In this document: piece by piece, positions 56,200 to 63,837 of the stretch
Layout of the letters: each line of letters starts with the position of its first letter
How positions within the stretch are numbered: position 1 is the stretch's first letter
Assembly (NCBI GenBank): GCA_051294375.1
Contig: CM119265.1
Coordinates: 4,936,114 to 4,999,950 of the forward strand
Direction of reading: 5' to 3'
Source: Paraspadella gotoi
Lineage: Eukaryota; Animalia; Chaetognatha
DNA length: 63,837 nt
Notes under the pieces: model-generated
The model's input: the letters and a program-made list of their open reading frames with translations, nothing else
Told to the model about the DNA's origin: nothing
Databases searched by the model: none
Position numbers and translations under genes: made by a program

Positions 56200-56411
56200 G
56201 GATACGAGTGGGTGGGATGGAAGAACGACACGACCAAGGGGACGACGGGTCCCGTCGAGATCGTCTTCAAGTTCGAACAAGTGCGCAACTTCACGCACAT
56301 GGTGCTGCACTGCAACAACCTCTTTTCCAAAGACGTGCAAGTCTTTGCCGTCGCCACAATCTGGTTCTCGGTCGGCGGAACCTATTATCAAGACCCTCCA
56401 ATAATCTTTCG
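56200..56411 (+). CDS. DDR: DDR exon D, DS-like domain: GYEWVGWKNDTTKGTTGPVEIVFKFEQVRNFTHMVLHCNNLFSKDVQVFAVATIWFSVGGTYYQDPPIIF(R)
   Basis: Acceptor cgtttccag|GGA and donor CG|gtaag; phase 0-2. Matches the DDR pattern 'GY.WVGW.N', 'EI.F.F..RNFT.M..HCNN.F.K'. Confidence 0.96.
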
Positions 56412-57831
56412 GTAAGTTAGTAGAAAGTTTTTTCCTAAAAACCTACTTGAGATCAGTTTTCTTCGTTCATTGAAAATTTTTAGGATTTTCTTCTCTGAAT
56501 TTCCCCCTTTTTATTTTATTAATATATTATTTTGGCAGTGGAGATTCTTAAAAAAAAGGGGCCTGAAATAAAAATATAGAAATATTTCTTTCATATTTTG
56601 TCCGAGTAAAAATCACCGAAGCAGACAAATCGTCTTCAATAATTAATAATCGGTGTCATCATCTTGAATCTTCATCTTTGTTGTTTCCAAAATAATCGGC
56701 GCCACCCGGCGAGTCGTAGACTAATACTTGTCAAGACCGCTTTTTCGCCCTCGAGCTAAACGACAATTTTTTTTTGGTTGCGAAAACCCTATCATTATTT
56801 CGAGAAAAAAAATTAATCATTTCGAAAATATATTCAAATTTGGATATTATCATCGCGTTACCGATTACCGAAGGCCTGCCCTATTATTATAATTTTTTTA
56901 AAAGTTATTTTGTTTAACGCGAAATAAACCCGGAGGCTGAGGGACTCAATCTCAGTCGCTCTAGCTCCCCCCTTTTTTTCTCGCGGGGCCTCGTCGCCGA
57001 TAATTGCGCCTTCGAAACGGGAGCTGATCGACGACGCGGGTCACGCCCCCTTTCGAGACCCCCGACCCGAGACGGATCGGGTCACGCCCCTTTCCGTCGA
57101 CCCGGCTGGGGATCAGTGCTTGCGCGCTCCGGGACGACGTAAAAAATTTCTTCTCGAAGAGAATCGTTTGTCATCTTGTGAAATTAGAATTTCCTGTGTT
57201 CTTAGAGAGAAAGAAGAGAGAGGAGGGAAAGAGAGAGAGAGGGGAAGGCAGGAGAGGGAAGAGACGAAGAAGGAGAGAGAGAGAGGAACAGAGAGAGAAG
57301 AGGAGAGAGAGAGAGAGAAGAGATGAGAGAGAAGAGAAGGAGACAGAAGAGGACATGACAGTCGATAATAATCATTAGAACTTTAAAGGAAAGATAGAAG
57401 GGGGGAGTGCCAGTGTCTGACCTTAGGGATCGGCAGGTACTAGTTAGAGACGGCGGGGTTGCTCATTGTTGTCAATTCTCCTTCGAATGACTAAGAATCG
57501 AGATTCGATGAGAGAAATTAACATCACCTTTCAAATTTACAATTTTCGTGTATTTTCAGTTGATATGACTAGATAAAAGTTTAAAAAAATTGTATTTGAA
57601 ATTTATAGTTTTAACTTAATGAAAACTTTGTTCCCCCAAAACTTCGACATTAAAGTATTTTTTCTTTAAAATACGAAAATTCGTGACCCCAGTTGAGGAA
57701 AAAGAAGTCATTCGTTAAGGAATGATTCATATCTTAGTATCGAATATCATTTAATCGAGCGGCCGGCGCCATTTTAATTCCCGCCCACATCCCGTATCTC
57801 CCCCCCCCCACACGCCGCTGTCTTCCATCAG

Positions 57832-57968
57832 ATACATGCCAGACATAGTGATGGAGTTGGCGCGACCCATCTACATCCGCCTCAACAGTCGCGTCGCCAA
57901 ATACATCAAAGTCCAGCTGACCTTCGCCGCCCGTTGGCTCATGATCTCCGAAGTCACCTTCGAATCGG
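57832..57968 (+). CDS. DDR: DDR exon E, end of DS-like domain: (R)YMPDIVMELARPIYIRLNSRVAKYIKVQLTFAARWLMISEVTFES
   Basis: Acceptor tcttccatcag|A and donor TCGG|gtaag; phase 2-1, continuing exon D in frame. Has the DDR motif 'FA..W...SE.TF.S'. Confidence 0.95.
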
Positions 57969-59245
57969 GTAAGTCAAGGAAATCTCGCCTCGGAAAAATC
58001 CCTTGTGCCGGGAGAACCCAACCCGCGCGTCTTTTCCTTTCTCTTTCACTTTCCCGAGAAGTGGGATCACCACCTCTATCCACCTCTCTCTCTCTTTTTT
58101 CGACCCAACCCTCCCTTCCTTGACTAACGCGTAGATTTCGTTCCTTCTAATAAATATTAAACGTTAAAGACGCATGCGGCTGCTCATTTGTTTTTTTGTT
58201 TTTTTTCTTTTCCTTTTCTCGCATCATAGCACCGCGTAGTTACTCTCCGATCGTGCATGCGCCTTCCAAAAACAAATTCCTTTTTTGGTTTTCGTTTCTA
58301 TTTTTTTTCTTCTCTTCTCTTCATTGGCATAGTAAAACAAAATACTACGTACGAAGTTACAAAATATTATTTTAAGTTTATCGCATTATAATTTTTTAGT
58401 AGATAATTTGAATGCGTAAGAAATCCAAGTATATTTATAATTAAATCGAGTACAANNNNNNNNNNNNNNNNNNNNNNNNNNNNNNNNNNNNNNNNNNNNN
58501 NNNNNNNNNNNNNNNNNNNNNNNNNNNNNNNNNNNNNNNNNNNNNNNNNNNNNNNNNNNNNNNNNNNNNNNNNNNNNNNNNNNNNNNNNNNNNNNNNNNN
58601 NNNNNNNNNNNNNNNNNNNNNNNNNNNNNNNNNNNNNNNNNNNNNNNNNNNNNNNNNNNNNNNNNNNNNNNNNNNNNNNNNNNNNNNNNNNNNNNNNNNN
58701 NNNNNNNNNNNNNNNNNNNNNNNNNNNNNNNNNNNNNNNNNNNNNNNNNNNNNNNNNNNNNNNNNNNNNNNNNNNNNNNNNNNNNNNGCTGAAGTGGGTC
58801 TTATAAACTAAAACAATAGAATATCAAAATTTATGAGATTTTGTCAAACAAAAAACAACGCAAGATATAGAACAGACCCCAGCTCCTTTTTCTTCTCGTA
58901 TTCATGAAAGTATTTCTCACCCCGCTCACCTTCTGAACGTCGTAGGGTAAATTACGACTTTGATGAGAATAGTCTTCCAAATAATTCAGTCATAAGTATA
59001 AAACATAATTTTTAAAGCGACGAAGAAAAATTGGGCGTCTTTTTTGTAGGTCCGTTTTTTTTTTTAAAAAGTCGATCGTACAACTAATACAATTTTTTTT
59101 TTATAAAGTAGCCCAAACTGTCGGGCGGCGAATAATCAGTTTGACGCCCCGAAGCCCATGAATCTTAACCGAAAACAGGGAAATTCGCGCCTCGAGACCC
59201 GGTTAGACAACTTCATCATACGAGGACAGGCGATGCGGGGAAAAG

Positions 59246-59363
<118 letters not shown>

Positions 59364-60280
59364 AAATCATTAAGAAATTTGTCAGCTTGAAAGAGGCGAA
59401 AAACAATATTGAATCTGAGGACGGTAGGGGGTCAAACCGCTTGAAATACGACCGTGGTCGAAATACAAATCAGGACTTATATTAAATTTTTGCGCCCTGC
59501 CTCTTTCGCTTTCCTCGAAATATGAAATTCCCATCTTAAACGTGCAAGCATAGATTTTTTTTCAGTTTTTTTTTTTCTTCTTTCATTATTTCCAGCCTCG
59601 TCTCGTAATAAATCAGTGAATATATGATCTTTTTTTGGATATAAATTCGTATTCTTTCTTCTTTATGTCGACAAGAGGAGAATGTTTCTTTTCCACGCGA
59701 TGATACTTTCAAAGATTAATAACTACAGCTGTCTGTCATTGACTAATGACATTATGACAACCCGGAACTTTTTTTATCAAGAAAGTTTTAGCCCAGCCCC
59801 TTGCCCCTTGCCCACAGCGATTCAAAACCAAAGCCGAGCTCCCTCCTTTTTTTCTAGCGAACCGTCAAATCTGATGGTTTTTTTAGGGCGAAAAATTAGG
59901 GACGAACTACTTTTTTTGTATGACATTGATAAGAAAGTGCGAAGTCACGCTGAGCAAAAGAACGATTAATTTCGCGGCGAAGGCTCAGAGAATGAGGAAT
60001 CTTGAATTACGGACAATTTACATATTGATTGTCAGAAACAAACCATTTGCTGCTCATGTTTCATGCTCTCAATTTTATTCTTTTTTTTTTTTTCTTTTTT
60101 TTTGAAAGAGGGGGAAAAAGTTGGCCCATGAAAAAAAAATCCGAACAATGTTTTTTTTTGTTTCCTTTGGAAACTTTATGGACAATTCTCGTGACCCATA
60201 AATTTACTGACCCAAGAGAAGGAAGAAAAAAAAGAACAAGCGATGACGCAAATTTTGTTATGGAGAGAGAGGAGAGAAGA

Positions 60281-60346
<66 letters not shown>

Positions 60347-60769
60347 AGAGAGAAGAGAGAGAGAGAGAGATACTGGAAATAGAGAACCAAGTTCTGCAAT
60401 TCTACAAGATTAGATTCACAGTTAAAGATGATAATTTATTAAGGTTCAGTTAAAGGTTAACGCATGAAAGATTTTGTTTAATATTTTATTTTATTAAATA
60501 CTTTTTACTTTTTAAAGGTCGCACTCTCCTATACGAGAATTAACCATGCGATAGTTTTTTTAGTGACCGTTTTTCGCATCTTGCAACTTAAAACATGGAT
60601 ATCATCAAAGCACATATAAAATATTAATTTGCATCTCTTAATGTATACTACTTATTAGCATTAATTTCGGCAGCAACGAAAGAAATTTATCCAATCTTTT
60701 TTCTTTTTCTCGCATTTTTTGTTCCACTATCGCTTGGCCAACTCTCTCTTTCTTTCTGTTCTCTCTCTC

Positions 60770-60844
<75 letters not shown>

Positions 60845-60860
60845 TTTTTCTTTCATGCAG

Positions 60861-60890
60861 AATCAGTCGGTCCCCCAGACAAAGGAGAAA
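60861..60890 (+). CDS. Candidate 30-nt cassette microexon in the DDR stalk: (E)SVGPPDKGE
   Basis: Follows a ~100-nt pyrimidine tract and tttcatgcag acceptor; ends at AAA|gtaaag. It is 30 nt, phase 1-1, and stop-free between exons E and F. The donor is weak and there is no homology support. Confidence 0.4.
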
Positions 60891-61451
60891 GTAAAGTCAT
60901 GCAACCTCTCACCAAAAAAAAAAAAAAAAAACCAAACAAAAACAAACTTAATGCCATGCCAATGATTTTCCTTTTTTCATATCTTTCATTCTTTTTGTAG
61001 CTTATTTTTAGGTCCAGTCTCATTTTCATTCGTTGTCGATTTGTATTTTGAAGGCCGGAACCTTCTAGAAAGAATTACTCTCCCTTAGCTTTTTATCCTT
61101 TTTTTCTTTCTCCTCAGCCCTTTATTGTCTTTATTGTCTTTCCTCCTTCATTGACCCGTATTTGCTGAAAACTGAAAAATTACGGAGTGTCCTACACAAA
61201 TAGGAAGGGTTTTGTATTGTACCGTATTTGTAGTTTAAATCCATTATCATTCGAACTAGATTCTTAGGGTTAATTTTCCAAACTCCGAGTTTAAAAAACG
61301 ATTTAAATTTACAGTATCTCTTCTTCATCGCCAGGTCGTTCTTCCTTTTTCCCCCTCTCTCAGCCAGATGAACATTTTCTATTCCGATTTCTTCTTCACT
61401 TACCCGCGCCTAACCCGAATCCACTTACCCTCTTCTCTTTGACTCCTTCAG

Positions 61452-61634
61452 TGCCGGTGATTCCGGAACCGCCGCCGGAACAACCGCCGCCGGACAAGGA
61501 AAGCGAAGTGGCGAAGCCGCCGGCTGGAGGGACGAAGGAAGAATACAACGACGTCAACAAGAAGAACCCGGGCGGCGGCGTCGGCGGCGGCGTCGACAGC
61601 GGCAGTCTCGGCGGCGAACAGATCGTTAAGAAAG
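61452..61634 (+). CDS. DDR: DDR exon F, Pro/Gly-rich extracellular stalk: (V)PVIPEPPPEQPPPDKESEVAKPPAGGTKEEYNDVNKKNPGGGVGGGVDSGSLGGEQIVKK
   Basis: Acceptor gactccttcag|TG and donor AAAG|gtaagt; phase 1-1. GC-rich coding-like island in AT-rich flanks, at the expected position before the TM exon. Confidence 0.85.
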
Positions 61635-61697
61635 GTAAGTTCTTTTATTTATTTACTTTATTTATTTAATTTATTTGATTATCTCTCATTCCTCCAG

Positions 61698-61856
61698 GCA
61701 AAGCCTCGGACCGGTCCGAATCCCAAGTCAATCAGTACGTGGGCCTCATCATCGGCGTTCTCGCGGCGACGTTCATCCTCATGATCGTCATCATCATCCT
61801 CATCGTCATAAGACTGCGTCGGCTCAAGGGTTCCCCCTGGCGGGACGGTTCCCAAG
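61698..61856 (+). CDS. DDR: DDR exon G, transmembrane: (G)KASDRSESQVNQYVGLIIGVLAATFILMIVIIILIVIRLRRLKGSPWRDGSQ
   Basis: Acceptor cattcctccag|GC after a 63-nt intron and donor CAAG|gtgaga; phase 1-1. Encodes a ~24-residue hydrophobic helix followed by the basic stop-transfer RLRRLK. Confidence 0.9.
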
Positions 61857-62645
61857 GTGAGAGACCCCGGCGGTTGCCGCCGACTCGGAAAGCTCAGAGG
61901 GCGCTCTTTCTCCGAGCGTCGTCAATATTCGTCGGCCTGAATTTTTTTTATTCTTCACTATTAGAGATCAGCCTTTTCGTTTTTGGTTGGAAGCCTTTTA
62001 TTATCATGAGATAGTTGTTTAATTTATAAATTTTATACTGCCGTATTTTGCATGACAAAGTTACATATATTAAATGTAAATAATAAACGATCGAATGTTA
62101 TCATCGTTTCATTTTTATTTCATCAGATGTCGCACCGTTTCCAACCAGAAAATTATTTTTCTTTTTTCTTTTCAAAAAAACGTAAAGAGCATTTTGTTTC
62201 TTTTTTCGTTCGGACGAATTTTAATCGCGAATAAAATATATTCGTCACAACAACAACATCCGTCGTCTCCGTCTCATCCTGTTCTTTTGTTTTTAGTTTC
62301 CTTTCCTTCCGTCATGTTTCAATTTATACAAACAAAAATTCTCAAACGATTTAGTAGCCTGCCACTTTTGACCACGAAATTCTCACTTATGCATCTCCAT
62401 TTCTCCAGACGTAGTTTGTCAATCGGCCAAAAAAAATCTAAAGGGTTCGGTCGTGGGATTTAACTGCATGAGCGCGACCGGGCCCATTGTCTCTCTCTCT
62501 TTTTCTGTCTTTTTATTTCACAACCCATATCCCTTTTTGGTTTCTTTTTTTTTCACAAAAAGTTAAAACAAAACATGAGCTTCGTTAACCTCTATTCTTT
62601 TTTTTTCCTTTTTTCATCTTGCCCCAATTTTTTTATCTTCTTGTG

Positions 62646-62757
<112 letters not shown>

Positions 62758-62785
62758 GCCCTATTTCGACTTTCTTAAAAATAAG

Positions 62786-62887
62786 TCGAAGGAGACAAAA
62801 ACGCAAAAATAGATTTAGCCGAATTGAGCGCGTTGAACAGCCGGAACTCTTACCCCAATCTCTATGGCAATCTCGTGACGGGCACAG
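62786..62887 (+). CDS. DDR: Probable DDR exon H, cytoplasmic juxtamembrane: (V)[33 protein letters not shown]
   Basis: Uses the first AG after the (CT)n tract (aataag|TC) and a good donor ACAG|gtgagg; phase 1-1, open frame. An alternative in-frame acceptor at 62813 is possible. Confidence 0.65.
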
Positions 62888-63619
62888 GTGAGGCGGCGTA
62901 GCGGGAATGCTGCCATCTTCTGGGCTCATATTTTATTTTGAAACAAATGACTCAATAGAATTTAAAAATCGTTTACTAGCGAATGTTCGACGCACAATTT
63001 ATATAACAATATAAATGTTAAAATGGGGCGTCTCAAATAGCGAATGTCTTATAAAGTTGAAAAAAAACCGCGTTTTTTTTCGGGAAGATTTACCAATATT
63101 TATTATTCGTTGGAAGTAGGGGATGATTATATGCGGCCATCAATCCTAAGCTTTGCCTGTTGAAAAAAAAAACAGCAAACCCCCTACTCCACCTCATATT
63201 CAGTTTGGGATTTTTTAAGTAACGGCTTTACATTTAATAGTAGTCATTTTAGCGACATTTCTGGATTAACGACCTTGCATGCGAATTAATGACAAAACGA
63301 TATTCATTCATTCCCATTTCCTCCCTTTTCTCTTTTTTTTTATTTTTTGCCTTCCTCCCCTCATCGCAAATAAACAAAAATCATTTCATTTCCTCTTCAT
63401 CAAACATCATCCCGTCCGGATCCATCCAACCCTTTCCCTATCTCTCTCTCTCTCTCTCTCTCTCTCCTCTCTTCTCGTCTCTCTCTCTCTCTCTCTCCTC
63501 TCACTCTCCTTCTCTCTCTCTTTCTCTTCTCTCAACGCGTTTTTTTGCGCTCCGCGACCGCGCTTTCCTTTTTCTCTCCCGTTCACTTTCGTTTTTTCGC
63601 GCGGTTCGGCCACGCCCAG

Positions 63620-63787
63620 ATGACGCTTGTTCGAACGCATCGCACTGCGACGCCAATCCCTATAAAGACCCTTCTGTTGTCACCCATTCCTCAGGGGTAA
63701 ATGGATACAACGGAATCTATTGCGAGCCATGGGACACCGCGTCCAGACGGAAGCTCCCGGAAGTTCCTCTCCCACACGAGCTGATTG
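63620..63787 (+). CDS. DDR: Probable DDR exon I, cytoplasmic juxtamembrane: (D)DACSNASHCDANPYKDPSVVTHSSGVNGYNGIYCEPWDTASRRKLPEVPLPHELI
   Basis: Acceptor cacgcccag|AT and donor ATTG|gtaaga; phase 1-1, stop-free. Contains a Y-x-E-P motif and 'RKLPEVP', the kind of motifs seen in RTK juxtamembrane regions. Confidence 0.72.
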
Positions 63788-63837
63788 GTAAGAATGCGTT
63801 TTCAGTTCTCGACCAATCAAACGGCTTTCATTTCTAT

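Overview
This is animal (metazoan) genomic DNA, not prokaryotic. It is dominated by (GA)n/(CT)n, (GTC)n, (ATT)n and (GAAT)n microsatellites, low-complexity purine/pyrimidine-skewed sequence and N gaps. The only clearly supported gene is a + strand discoidin domain receptor (DDR-family collagen receptor tyrosine kinase). Nine phase-consistent GT-AG exons from 55177 to 63787 give about 460 codons: the C-terminal half of the DS (F5/8 type C) domain, the DS-like domain, a Pro/Gly-rich stalk, the transmembrane helix and the start of the cytoplasmic juxtamembrane region. The signal peptide and first DS exons were not found, and the kinase lies beyond the window end. A candidate 30-nt frame-preserving microexon sits in the stalk intron. 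Much of the first 55 kb carries signs of long-read gap filling: seven exact 25-N gaps, and several kb-scale local duplications in which one copy has indel-rich noise. Other features are an approximately 750-bp foldback palindrome (17.0-17.8 kb), faint possible hAT and Penelope remnants, and a CTCF/CCAAT/ETS-like motif cluster at 27.6-27.7 kb. Almost all ORFs in the supplied track are microsatellite or low-complexity artefacts. I find no convincing evidence of a novel biological system.
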